From assembly GCA_002633005.1 (NCBI GenBank), contig NMRA01000022.1, positions 867,357-931,356 of the forward strand: 64,000 nucleotides of DNA, written 5' to 3'. Below the pieces are notes generated by a model. That model was given only the letters and a program-made list of their open reading frames with translations. It had not been told where the DNA came from and made no database searches. Of the stretch, positions 38,900 through 51,942 are shown piece after piece. The DNA is from Phoronis australis. Taxonomy: Eukaryota > Animalia > Phoronida. Within the stretch, counting starts at the first letter, position 1, and every line of letters starts with the position of its first letter. The position numbers and the translations under genes were made by a program.

Positions 38900-41800
38900 N
38901 NNNNNNNNNNNNNNNNNNNNNNNNNNNNNNNNNNNNNNNNNNNNNNNNNNNNTTCAGTATAGCTTGTCTATTTAAAGAAAAATGTTCATCATAATTCACC
39001 AGAAAAGGAGATACAATGTAGAAAGTAAATTAAAAAACTCGACATAAAGCGGAATGTATTATCTCATTAATTTAATTGAAGCACGTTTGCTGAAACATTT
39101 CAACATCTAAAACCGAAACGCAAAATTGCGTAAGTTTCGAAAATACTCATTACGGCGTTTTCCGGCCGTTGCTCCCAACTTGTTCGATTCCATAGCCCGA
39201 CAACAAGTCGGAAGATGACCCTTGTAGCCAATATCTTACACGACTGATTAACTCCAGTCTGGCGTTTAGGGTTGGAGGGCCAGCTCTCTTTTGTTCGATA
39301 ATTGCTCTAATCTCCAATAAGATCGTATCTAGCCTGAATAAGCTGTGCTGTTAAAAACAAAAGTTGTGTTGTAACATATTTGAACATGAACCAATAGCTT
39401 TTCTGAATTCCTCGTGAAATACTGATCATGTTTAGTTTTTGAATAGCCAAAATCGCCCAACTACAACCAAAGTTATGACAATCTATTGTTTCAGAACGCT
39501 TTGTGTTTGACTGTGTTTACAGGTGGTCTAAAATAAGCCTGGCATGCCTGTTGTCATACCAGACAAAAGACTGTGCTTGGTAGTTAACAAAGGAGCTAGA
39601 CGTTATCACACGCTCACAACCCTCCACGTCTGGTTAAGTCACTGAACGCTAGAACGCAGTCATGGATGCCCCAATCAATGCCTTGAAAACAGACCTAACG
39701 CTCGAGCGGGGCAGCATTGCCTTATGCAGCACATAATGTTATGTAGGACCTTATCGACAAATTTTAACTTAGTAAAAACGTATATTTTCGTACTTTGTAC
39801 CAATCTCACATCAATTGGGTCCCACGACGATGTCTTTGTAGTACCAGTAAAAAGGTATTCTTAGCAAAACAATGGTAACAATTACATGACAAAAGTTCAT
39901 TGATACAATTGTCCAAGATAAACTATCAAAATTGATGTCACTGTTTTCTTTATCATTTGGTTTTCTATTTATGCAGCTTTGTTTATTTAAACCCTATTTT
40001 GCTAGCCATTCATGCAAATGTGGAATATTTGAGTGCCTCTCTTGGAAAGCAGTGCTATCACTGAAGATGCCACCCTCATTTTAAATATCACAATAATAAA
40101 TAAATAAATAAATAAATTTCAAAAACAAATATCGCTAATGAGGTTTTGGAGAACAGCGCACAAATTATAGTACCTGAGAGTTTCATATGAATGTGATAAG
40201 CCATTTCTGAGGTATGATGTTCCAAATTTTGTCCTACAATAACCCTAAATTTCCTAAGTTACTCACTTACTTTTCAAGCCAACAGCAGCGTGTATCAGCT
40301 TACTAACCGGTCAGGTTATCGCCAGATGCGGCATTTGAAGACGAAAAAAACATGACGTCATCCTGCAATATCGGGCAGCAAACGCGATGCCACGCCATAC
40401 CATTTTTCTTTTCTTAAGTGGGTCATTCTTCTGCTTCCCTTTCTCGTAAATTGTCCCTTTGCTGAACTGTTTTTGAGGGAACTCTCGAAATGTCGTCCGT
40501 TGTTTGGCAGTCCTCAAGGGGACCCAACTCGTGGACGAGACGGTCTCGCCGGACTGCAATATGTACATCGTCAAGCAACGGAGCATTCATAATTTTAGTG
40601 TAGGGGAGTAGCTGGTGTTCCTTCTATCTGTAGCCATTAGGCAAGCTTTCGCCAGCTATATATGAAAGAGAGCTATATATTAAAACCGCGAACATTTAAA
40701 TTTGTAGTAAGCGCCACCTTGTGACTTCGTGGTGAACTCTGTGTCCTGGAATAACCAAGAAAAGAAACAATTTGTAAATTAAATGCGATTTTATAGAAAA
40801 TACCACAGTCGATACACTTAAAAACAAGTGCGAAAATATACAAAGCCCTAGTAATTCCAAATATTACGCAATCGTTATTTGATAGTGAAATAAAAAATAA
40901 TGAAAACTGCGCCTTGTTTTATTAAGGTAACGATGACATACTCGCTGGTTCCTTGCGTGCCGCTAGGTGGAGCGGTAGCCGCGCCAGCACGCAGTTTTCC
41001 TCGGGAAATGTTTTTACAGCGGGGTTTCTGATTGGCTAGTCAAAATCTCAACAGGCAGCGCTTTACGCAAACAAACTGGCATGATTGATGGACTGAAGTG
41101 TAAAATTTGGTCTGTTGTACAGACAAATCGGTGCTTAAAATTTATGTTCACAGGAAATGTGAAGCCTAGAAATTGTGATTGCATCTTCCTACTGTCGATG
41201 ACATTTGTTTACGATAGTGTCCTGCATTCATACAGTATTGATAACACACCGGTTAAATCTGCCAGACATGTGTTTATTGTACATGTATGTGCTTCAAGCA
41301 CACGACTATTGAACATCAGAGCAGAAACGAAATAGTTGCTGCGACGCCGCTTGCATGACAAGGCTAAAAATCGTTCACAGTCCGCCATTTTTCACGGTGT
41401 TGTAAAGCTAACCAATGACTGCCGAGGTTACATCGACCAAAGCTAAAACGCGGGCCACCGTGACTGCGTGATACTTGCGTGCTGGCTGGCCTCAGCACGC
41501 ACTGAGTGAACCAGCGAGCGATGACATACTACCATAGAAGTAGTCTCGCAGAACGAGACTTTCGCGGGATTGTAATGGTAAATGGTTTTCGGATGGTTTT
41601 TGGCACACCGGACGGTTGTTTGTTAACTAGTACTTCATTTGCATATTCACAATTTAATGAGACATAGCTTCTGTAATGTACGTACATACGTGAATTCAAT
41701 ACTTAAGCACGCATAGAGTATCGAGCGGCCGTTACTGCGTCTCTGCCAAAATCGCCATACAAGATGGCAATGTTCTTCGCAACTGCAGCACGAGTTATCT

Positions 41801-44049
41801 TTTATCTATCCCCATAATTTTTAAGAACTCGAGAGAACATCGTATCCGGAGGTGGAGGAAAAGTTTAAGCTGGTGTCAGTAAAGATCAAGTTGAGACCAC
41901 TTTCACTGAGGCAAGTGGTGTAAATCAAAACGGAAAGCGGACTCATCGTTGCTTTAAGATTATGTAAGACCTTATAGTCAAGCCTAGGTATTTAGTCGAA
42001 TATATGAAAAACTACAATTTTGGACTCGGTCGGTACCTCTTCCATTAATAGGGTCACGTGACCTTGTCTTTTAGTAAATTGTAACAAAAAGAAAGGAACA
42101 CTGATAGCAAAACAACCGTTTCAGTAGCATGTCCAAATTTCATGTGAAACAAATGTGCGAGATGAAATCTCACAAAAATCTCTCACCGTTTTCTATGATT
42201 ATCACTTCGTTTCATTTTCTTGCAAGTTTTGAGTATTATCCAGAAAATCATAAAAATCACGCTTTTTGATAGCCCTGGAGAACATTGCACAAAGCATACT
42301 CTGAGATATATATACGAATCCGAACAACTCAGTATTTCTGAGAAACGATAATCCGAAGTTAGCGAAATTCTGCTTATCAAGTCGTTGTGACGAAGTCTGC
42401 TACCATGTCTTCTAGATTTTAACTTACAGCAGCGAGTATCGTGTGACTTTGGGTGCGCGCGCAGTCGCTGGCGTAACTGGTTGTCCTAGACAAAACAGGG
42501 TTTCAAAAACGCTAAAGGTTAACATTTTTTGAAAATGGCGGATGTATCTTTCATTGAAACAGGAAGACATTATAATGATCTTGGTGTTGTCTTCCTGATT
42601 GAACTAATTGTTAGATAAAGAAAAAACGACGGACTGAGAGGTTCAAATTTTCCAGGCGGAAATGCCAAAAAATCTCCCCCTGGAACAAAGCTGTGTGAAT
42701 TACACAAATATTTATTGTGCAACATTGTTACAAATTCATTTTTGTTGGTTAATACTTGAACTTATGATTATGAGCTGATTCGTACGGTACTGAATTTAAA
42801 CAAACACTAATACTACTAGCAGCAGAAAAATCAGGTGATGCGACTGTTAGTGTAAACATGGGAAAATCAGCTGAAGACGATTCTGGCGTTAATAAATAAT
42901 AACATGTCTGAATCATCTTGTGAAGGCTTTAAATGACATGACCGTGACACGTCCTGTTGTTAAAAAAATCGAATCTCTTCTACAGCTACGTCATAGCTTT
43001 CTTATAATGTGAATTGAAATTACATACAGTAGATCGCCTCCAACGGCTTTGCGTATATTCAGCAGTCAGCAGTACGTGATACAATAGAATATACGTAGAT
43101 CGGAAATTGTCATGCATTATCTAAAACGATGTGATACTAAAGAAGGCTCATAAATAACCAATTGCAACTCTCAGCAAGAATTAAGATAACATTTAATTAT
43201 CCCACAAACTAAAACATAACTACGTGAGACAGATCAGTGGCGACTAAGGTCAGCCGGAACTTACATACCAACTTAAAATAACATATTACGCGGCACGAAT
43301 TGATTGAGCATTTCCGTCCCTGATGCATTTCGTCACTGTTTAGCTGTCACTGTTGACCTCCTAACTGAAGCGCTTTGGGAATTAAAAACTTTTTGCTGAA
43401 TCAGCTGGTAACACAAGTCGCAGGGATTCCGTGTATGCACCATTTTCGAATTTACCACTTTAAGGTTGGTCAACACTAATAAACTCTGAAGTGTTTTCTT
43501 AAGGGTTTCGATGTTCTATGACAGTGGAAGACCTGATTCTATTTTTGACTTTAGTCAACTAAACGGGGCGAAATTCAACAGAAACTTAAACGTATATACA
43601 AATTCTTCAACATAAAAAACGCAGGTTTAGGTTAAAACAACCACAGCCACGTTTCAAAACGAGCAAATTTCTTGTAATGTAAGCGAGATTGTGTAAGTCC
43701 AAGCGGACTCGACGGTAAGTTCGGGATCTTACTTGTGTACAAAACCAAAATGACCAAAGTGGTATGACTTTTAGCTTACCGGGAGCATTTGATCACGAGT
43801 GGCAATAAAACGGAACGGGTGAATGGCTGAAAAGCGGTTGAGATTAATGTTATTGAAATGCTTATTTTGTTAGTATTGACATCGGGAATTGCATGTTAAC
43901 GAACAAATCCGAAAATACAGACTTTCTGACTTATTTGTCAAATCAATCACAGTTACGTTTTCATTAACAAGTTATGCAGCAAAATTATCAATGAGTTGGG
44001 CTTCAACAAAACAAGTGATTTCTAAAATGAACATTTTACACTAACACTT

Positions 44050-45195
44050 TCAACATTGACTTGAATCGAGTGTAGTGTAAAAACGAGTTGAATCTGTCGC
44101 AACCATTGACGTCGACGAATCAGACTGCGGCGTTTTTTCCCCACAAATCATGGCCCGTATCTCTTTCCTAAATCGCTTTCCGGAAGCAAAATAAACAGCA
44201 AAGTTAATGGAATGGTTCGTGTACAGACACATCCTAGTCAAAGCTTCAAACAGCAAAAACTGGGCCAGCTCAGTCGGGTCATCTTTGTTCCATTGCGACT
44301 CTAAGAGGAACTCTAGGTGACTGGGTGTTGTTAAGCATAGAAACACCATAGCAACCACCACAGACATTATTGTCATTGAGCGCATTTCATAGACGTCACG
44401 CTGCTTTTGCAGTACTTTGTCATCATTCGAATGTGGAGATACTTTGGACACAGACATTCCGTGAAAGGAAACCTTCCCCATTTTCCTTTTGGACGTCTTT
44501 AACCGATAGACTATTCGCACGCTACATATAATCATTGTTGCAAACGGCCCGAGGGCGTACAGTCCTAAAACACAATACGGTCGTACGTACCGCCAATAAA
44601 AAAATTGTCCCTCGCTCGGATACCCACATTCTTTAGTTTTGAAAACTGTGCCATTACCGTCTATGATTTCCTGGCGCCCTCTGGCCCAAAACACGCTGAT
44701 GTTCTCGAGTGCTACGAGAAACGCGACTACTGCCACTACTTTCTTAGTTCTGGAGAGGGAACACATAGTACTGGCCCGAAAGGGATGGCAAACAGAGATG
44801 AATCGCTCCAGCGACACTGTAACCAGGGTCCATGCAGACATATCGAGCCCAAAGTACAGGAAAAAGCGATGAAACTTGCAGCACCATTCGTTGATATTTC
44901 GAATATCCCAGTCACTTAGTTCTTTGGAATAGTTGCGTGTCAGTCCCGTAAGTAGCACCAGTAAATCGGCCAAGGCAAGAACAGAAAAGCAAAATCCGAC
45001 AGAGGTTTTACGGAAGGTTTGCCGTCTAGTAACCAAAAAGCATAGAATGTTTCCAATAAAACCAAAACAAAGCAAAACTGGTGAGAACATGAGCCAAAGA
45101 TATTTTGCAACTTTACTTCCCAACACTTCTCCAGTCGTCTCGGTAACGTTTGGAATCGTGGTCGAAATGTTTCCCTCGAGTGGACTGTATTCCAT
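44050..45195 (-). CDS. Rhodopsin-class (class A) GPCR, FMRFamide/MIP-receptor-like orphan, 381 aa, single coding exon
   Basis: Seven hydrophobic segments; GN in TM1, LALADL in TM2, Cys at the top of TM3, ERF (DRY variant), CLTTP in TM6, NHSINFAVY in TM7, F(R) helix 8; N-terminal sequons NIS and NVT. A splice acceptor (tttctacag) lies 27 nt upstream of the ATG, so the exon starts at 45222. Confidence 0.95.
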   Translation of the reverse strand: MEYSPLEGNISTTIPNVTETTGEVLGSKVAKYLWLMFSPVLLCFGFIGNILCFLVTRRQTFRKTSVGFCFSVLALADLLVLLTGLTRNYSKELSDWDIRNINEWCCKFHRFFLYFGLDMSAWTLVTVSLERFISVCHPFRASTMCSLSRTKKVVAVVAFLVALENISVFWARGRQEIIDGNGTVFKTKECGYPSEGQFFYWRYVRPYCVLGLYALGPFATMIICSVRIVYRLKTSKRKMGKVSFHGMSVSKVSPHSNDDKVLQKQRDVYEMRSMTIMSVVVAMVFLCLTTPSHLEFLLESQWNKDDPTELAQFLLFEALTRMCLYTNHSINFAVYFASGKRFRKEIRAMICGEKTPQSDSSTSMVATDSTRFYTTLDSSQC

Positions 45196-48149
45196 TCTTC
45201 AGGAATTCTGCTATACTTGTTCCTGTAGAAACGAGATAAAATACATTATAGGAAAATAATTTGATTAAAGAGTTCAAAGGCATACAATCAATAAAAGCCA
45301 GCTTCAACTGTTGGCAGTTTCAGATACGTGGGTGGATGGCAAGATGGCTATCAGGGCCCTAAATGCCCTGGTTTTGGGTGCGATTGTCGGTCCTATTCCC
45401 TCTCCAAATATTTAAAAATAACGCAAACTTCTCTCATCATGTCCAAAAAGTTGTCCCTCCAGTTAGTGAAAACTCCTCACACATTTAGCTCACTTTGACC
45501 CTCGACATCAGAATGTTTTATTAACCGCGAAAACCTACTCTTATGCACGACTTTCCATTATTACAGCCTCGATGTGGAAAGCAGGATCTCGGTTACTTTA
45601 TCAAAAGCGCAGGGGTATTAAATTACAAATAAACGTATGTATAATTTAAAAAATCACTCTTGAGAGTTCACAGTAATCCCTATCATACTAAGGCTTTTTA
45701 TTTTCTAAGAAAAAAAAACTTCTGTGGTCTGCACCAATTATAAAGCAAAGGCTTGAAACAAGCACAAAACAGCTCACTAGGTTTGGCTACTTGGTACAGA
45801 GTCCGTATTTGGTGCAACTGGTAGTGACCGAGGGAGGAGAATATTCCCCTGTAAAGAATTTCTTTTCATAGGCGGAGCTAAACTCGACTCGACAAGTGGC
45901 GGTGTTTGACGCCGCGGCATATTTAAATGGTAATGTCACGAGCCTTGGTTTCGATGAATGTCTCAAGCCGACAACGGCGAGAATCGCAAAAACACAAAGG
46001 GTGATTTTTTGTTTTGAAGGTATGGGTAAAGCTAATAATTCAGCATGTCTATTGCATCCGAAAATAATTGCAAAAATACGTTTTTCGGTCGTAAGACCGA
46101 TTCTGATGACGTTTCGGTTGTTTTTAAATAACTGAACACTATTATCATTCAATGAAAGCAACCCCACCAAAGCATTGCAGTGCCCTGCATCATTCAAAGG
46201 ATAAAATTGTCACTGACCTTACAATACAAGCGTGCACGGTGAGTGTGCTGGAGCTCAGGTTGAGGACGCATTGATACATGTATAATCAAATGGCGTTTGT
46301 AGATTGCTTTGCATCAATAACAACTGCAGTGTTACTTCAAAATTTGATATCTTTGCCAATATGTGGGTTCTCTCCAATTGCTCCTTTTTCCATTTTAAGT
46401 AACTCTCGTGGGAATTGTTTCAAACAACGTTTTAGATAACTGACCAACCGAAGCAGTGATCGACATATGAGCAAAAGCCTAACCATATCCGGACATTATC
46501 ACATATTTAAGATCTAAATACCACGGTCAATAATTGTGAACTGTTTGGGGAGACTACATCGGAAAACGTAGTGAAAATGTCGCCTAAATTGCATTTCACG
46601 GAATCTATGTTTATTTTTTATTATCATGAGGAAGTGATTACGAACCACGAGGTCACAATACTTACTAAGAAGCACTAATTTGTTAGGAGTGTGTGCGGAA
46701 GTCACTTGCGGTTGATAACGTAATCCACTGAATCACAACGTTTTTCACATTGCTTACTCTTTCGCTTTAAAGATACACTTTGGTTTTGTTTAAATTCCTG
46801 AAACTAAAGTTAATTCAATTAAGTTAAAAATCATGCCCAAGTTATACTCTTTCAACTTGACGCTAACCTTTTGTCAAGACATTCAGAATATTTATAACTT
46901 AGTTTTTGAATTTCTGGCGGCACTCGCCGATATAATGACCGGCGAAGTGAATATCAATAACCACCAGTTCTCGTGATTTAGAAGATTTAATGTACAACGC
47001 AACTCAAAAGGTGCCTTTTAAACAATCTCTGATATAATAATCGTATAAATGTATTTGTTAGGTGACGTGTGTAAGAAGAAAACATAATATCCTGGGCCCG
47101 TGGTCTTTAATCGAAACGAGACTCAAAGATTGAACAATTGCATGTCACGCAATTCTGTTCAGAACTTCCGGAATGAGCAATGATTTATGACAGGCGTTAC
47201 GTGAACCTCTGTCTGAGCGTGACCCGAGTAATTCATGTTTAAGTACATCCCCATCCTATGTCCATACTGACACATTCATAGCTATACACACATATTTATA
47301 ATATAAATGTATTCACACGTAAGTTATCTTTTGATTGCTTCGTGTTTTAGTTGGAGCACCTGACATTTTACAACTCGATAAGCCAATTTTACAGACATTC
47401 GATTTTGTCTTCTTTCCGGCGGGTGGCTCCTGAACACCGGAAGTTTCCAGACAATTGGTGAAGCCGGAAATGGCACCAAGAAAGTCTACATGTACTGTAC
47501 AGTACTAGAACACTAGAACACTCAACCAGATGCAGATTGAACTGAGTTGCAAACAAAATTTTTGGCAACGCCAGCCTGTGTTGCGTTACGTGAAGCAAGC
47601 TCCTACGAGTTTGACGAGATCACGCAAATATTTGCATGCACTAGGCCAACAGAGGCGGAGCACGTCATCACACTAACTTTCACTCACGCGAATGTATTGC
47701 GTTACAGAACGGGGCACCAAGTCTCTTACCTTCGCTGAAGTTATTAAGTCAGGAAACCTATACGACGTTTCACCGCAGACACCATCAGTCGACAATGAGG
47801 ACTTGACTAAAACTGTGGTGAGACCAGGAAGTCGTTAACGCCTTTTAAGATGTACCAAATCTGAGTAAAATGCTATACAGGGTGTCACAAAAGTGTTAAA
47901 AGGATAATATATCCTGTTTTGGGATATTCCGGTCTATCCTCGTTCTGTCCCCTGCTCATGCCCCATATGTCAGTCTTATTTGAGTGATCCAAACAGGATT
48001 CTACTAAAACCACTTACTCATAGGATTATAAATTAGAGTTTGTTGTTATTGGTCGGTGCGTGGTCTTTCTTCACAGCTGTTACATAACTCGTCACGCTTG
48101 CCAGTTTAGAACATTTTGTACGAAGTTCTCAGATTTGCTCTAAACTTAA

Positions 48150-49190
48150 GGGAGTTATGGGGCATTGTTCTAAAGGTGTAGATGCGAAAGTCATTATTGA
48201 CAGATGTCAACAGCTAGGCCTAAACCGCATTCAATGTACTTCTTACAAAAATGTTCTACGTATGAGTATCAACAGATCAATGAATTTTGTAACCGATGTC
48301 GAAACCTACCACACGGTCTATGTTTTGAATTATTTAATGATTTATCCAACAACTTGCTAATGGGGCTGCAATATGGGGGTTTAAAGAGAATGAAATTCTG
48401 TAAAATGGTGCTTGGTGTGAGCACTTAGTTGTTCCAATGCAGGCGTATTAAGTAAATGCGGGCGTTATCCACTGTTTACAAAACATTTTGTCACGTCTAC
48501 GTAATGTTGGTTTAAGATACTGAAATTGTCGTCAAGCAAGTACGTCCGAGCTGTGTATGGCATGATATTTATTATTGGCAGTAACTGGGCTTCCTCAGTC
48601 AGATCGCTTTTGTCCAAGTAGGGTTCATATCAAGTGTGGATAAATCAAGATGCGACATTTGAACTAACTTTTTTAAAACAATTTTCCCAGAGAGTGATTG
48701 ACTGTTATCTATAAGGTTAGGAAGTTGACATTCATGAAAACCACAAATTGTTCTATTTTCAATCTTTCACACTTAATTATTCTTCAGAGGAATACTTTCA
48801 GTTTAAACTACCTCGTCATTATATACAAAATTTCGCAAGGTTTCGTTGTGCGAAACACAAATTGAAAGTGGAAATAGGAAGGCACAACAAAATAGATTGC
48901 TGTAAGAGAATTTGAGTTTTCTGTGATATGAGCTACGTTGAAGACGAACTGCACTTTTTGTTGGTCTGTAATGCTTATACAAACCTCCTTCAGCAATATG
49001 TGAATGTAAATTTTGATAACCATAACCATATGTCATATACTTCAACAAGATTAGGACGACTCCTGGTGCAAACATTGTAAATCTCTTATATTTAGCCACA
49101 GTGTGTAAAGAAACATTGTTTAACTCGATGTTTCGTATTTAACTATGCTTGTATATATGTCTGTTATTGTACTTTGGGCCTCTGGTCTAG
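48150..49190 (+). pseudogene. 3' fragment of a non-LTR retrotransposon ORF2 (L2/Crack/Daphne-like)
   Basis: Decayed motifs LF...GAAIWG, KFCKMVLGV, and FARFRCAKHKLKVEIGRH...RI*VFC...VEDELHFLLVC..Y (C-terminal CCHC region). Stops and frameshifts present. Confidence 0.8.
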
Positions 49191-49535
49191 AATGCAATGA
49201 AGTATGGACACTATACCAAGGAATAGTTTAACTGTGAACTAAATAATGTGCTCTTCTTTTTCTTTGAATCTCAAAGTGAGCTTTCCTTTACGCAGAAATA
49301 AGAAAAAGTCGCACAATTGACTTTAATTAGTTGCGACATGCCAATCAAGCTAATAATTCCTGGAACCTGTAAGCAAATGGGATGGTGCGTCTTCTATATC
49401 CCGCAAACACTGGCTACAAACGAAAGTGTTACGATGGACTATGTATTGGTTACTTGCACTGCAGATGAACGACACACATGGAGAATGAATGAGAAAAAAG
49501 TGCCCGTCGCTGACACAAAACGTGCAACAATCTCC

Positions 49536-51835
49536 ACGATCAGCGAAGTTTACTTCTGGATCTGCACGTGTGAGCTCCCTCATTACGTTACACGAATATA
49601 TTCATTTTAATTCATTTTATTTGAAGGGACAATCTCGGCGAGAAAAGTATTTTTTCAGAAATAAGCAGTGATGCGAAATCGACCCGGCTACCTATGTTAC
49701 CGCTCTGCCTTTAAGCCATATACAATGGGCTATAAAGAATAGTATTTAGCGTGTTTAAATGGTAAAGACAAAGGTCCTGATTTCAGTGAATGTTTGGCAC
49801 ACAGCGACGAGAATTGTCAACTTTTTATAAAATCACAAAACCACAGTGGACTTTCTTGTTTTATAGCCCTGGTCAAAGCCAATACCTTTCCAAAAATCAG
49901 TCATCCAACAATAGTCACAAAAAATGCGTCTTTCGAACAATAAACCCGACATAATGTTCGTTTAATATACTGTCTAATGTTCATTAACAATTAATGTCGA
50001 ATACATGTGGGTCATCGAGGACATCCCAAGATACTTTCTGATTCCTAACACTGAACCACTAGTTGACAGTTGGACGCTAAACAAACTGCGCAGAGCTACG
50101 TTTCACCACCATCACGTGAAAGTGCTATGAGTTAGCTAAAAGAGTACCCAAGGGACACCATAGACGGGTAGGAATACTCATTCTGCGGTACGTAATAAAA
50201 GAATTTTGCTATTACGAACTGTCCAAAGAAGTTAATGGGAAAAGAAATGAAGAAGTTAATGGGAAAAGAAATGAATTAGTCAGAACTGAGTTGCTCAGTC
50301 GATGAGAAAAGAACCTTCAGTTCGTTAGGCAAATTGCATTGAAGAGAAAAGAATTTTGCTAAATGAGAATTCCCATGAGCACAGTAACGGAAGAATATTA
50401 GAAACCCCGGTCAGAATTGCAGAAAGAACAGACATGTTTCAGTTTTCGCACGAAACGCGACCAGTTGGGTAGCTCCAACACCAGTATAATTCAGTTATTT
50501 TCCATTAAAGCTGATGCGTCAAGGGGAAACGCTCGTGATAAAACTGCCAGTGGCAGATCTACGTTTTCAGTAAGGGGGGAGGGGGTTAGGATTCGTGCGA
50601 ATCCGAAGCTCGTAGAGCCGAGCGGGGGGAGGTCGGGAGGGGCTTCCTCTCTCGAAACCCTCTCCCGTGTAAGATTTTTTTTGGTTTTTGTAGCTNGACA
50701 CTATACGATCAGCGAAGTTTACTTCTGGATATGCACGTGTGAGCTCCCTCATTACGTTACACGAATATATTCATTTTAATTCATTTTATTTGAAGGGACA
50801 ATCTCGGCGAGAAAAGTATTTTTTCAGAAATAAGCAGTGATGCGAAATCGACACGGCTACCTACGTTACCGCTCTGCCTTTAAGCCATATACAATGGGCT
50901 ATAAAGAATAGTATTTAGCGTGTTTAAATGGTAAAGACAAAGGTCCTGATTTCAGTGAATGTTTGGCACACGGCGACGAGAATTGTCAACTTTTTATAAA
51001 ATCACAAAAACACAGTGGACTTTCTTGTTTTATAGCTCTGGTCAAAGCCAATACATTTCCAAAAATCTGTCATCCAACAATAGTCACAAAAATGCGTCTT
51101 TCGAACAATAAACCCGACATAATGTTCGTTTAATATACTGTCTAATGTTCATTAACAATTAATGTCGAATACATGTGGGTCATCGATGACATCCCAAGAT
51201 ACTTTCTGATTCCGAACACTGAACCACTAGTTGACAGTTGGACGCTAAACAAACTGCGCAGAGCTAGGTTTCTCCACCATCACGTGAAAGTGCTATGAGT
51301 TAGCTTATAGAGTACCCAAGGGACACCATAGACGGGTAGGAATACTCATTCTGCGGTACGTAATAAAAGAATTTTGCTATTACGATCTGTCCAAAGAAGT
51401 TAATAGGAAAAGAAATGAATTAGTCAGAACTGAGTTGCTCAGTCGATGAGAAAAGAACCTTCAGTTCGTTAGGCAAATTGCATTGAAGAGAAAAGAATTT
51501 TGCTAAATGAGAATTCCCACGAGCACAGTAACGGAAGAATATTAGAAACCCCGGTCAGAATTGCAGAAAGAACAGACATGTTTCAGTTTTCGCACGAAAC
51601 GCGACCAGTTGGGTAGCTCCAACACCAGTATAATTCAGTTATTTTCCATTAAAGCTGATGCATCAAGGGTAAACGCACGTGATAAAACTGCCAGTGGCAG
51701 ATCTACGTTTTCAGTAAGGGGGGGGTTAGGATTCGTGCGAATCCGAAGCTCGTAGAGCCGAGCGGGGGGAGGTCGGGAGGGGCTTCCTCTCTCGAAACCC
51801 TCTCCCGTGTAAGATTTTTTTTGGTTTTTGTAGCT
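49536..51835 (+). repeat. Near-identical ~1.15-kb direct duplication (49536-50695 and 50705-51835) joined at a single N
   Basis: The copies differ by scattered substitutions and one short indel; N at 50696 lies exactly at the junction. Confidence 0.95.
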
Positions 51836-51942
51836 ATTTCGTTTTCCTGGCGACGTTTCTTTTAAATTTTTATTTTTGATCCTGTCTCGGGGGAGGGGGG
51901 GGGGACAAAAACCCCTGAACCCCCTTCGTAGATCGGCCTCTA
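51692..51942 (+). mobile_element. CAGTGGCAGATCT...AGATCGGCCTCTA MITE (partial duplicate at 50548-50695)
   Basis: Imperfect ~15-bp TIRs; flanks ACTGC/ACTGT; homologous to 56326-56582. Confidence 0.8.

Noticed and set aside
44605-45259. Plus-strand ORFs overlapping the GPCR
   Set aside because: Antisense shadows of the GPCR CDS.
49665-49720. tRNA gene on the minus strand (A/B-box-like motifs)
   Set aside because: No cloverleaf; at most a decayed SINE head.
50697-50705. GACACTATA resembling the SP6 promoter (vector remnant)
   Set aside because: Only 9 nt. GACAC also occurs just upstream of the first copy (49512-49516), so an allelic indel explains it.
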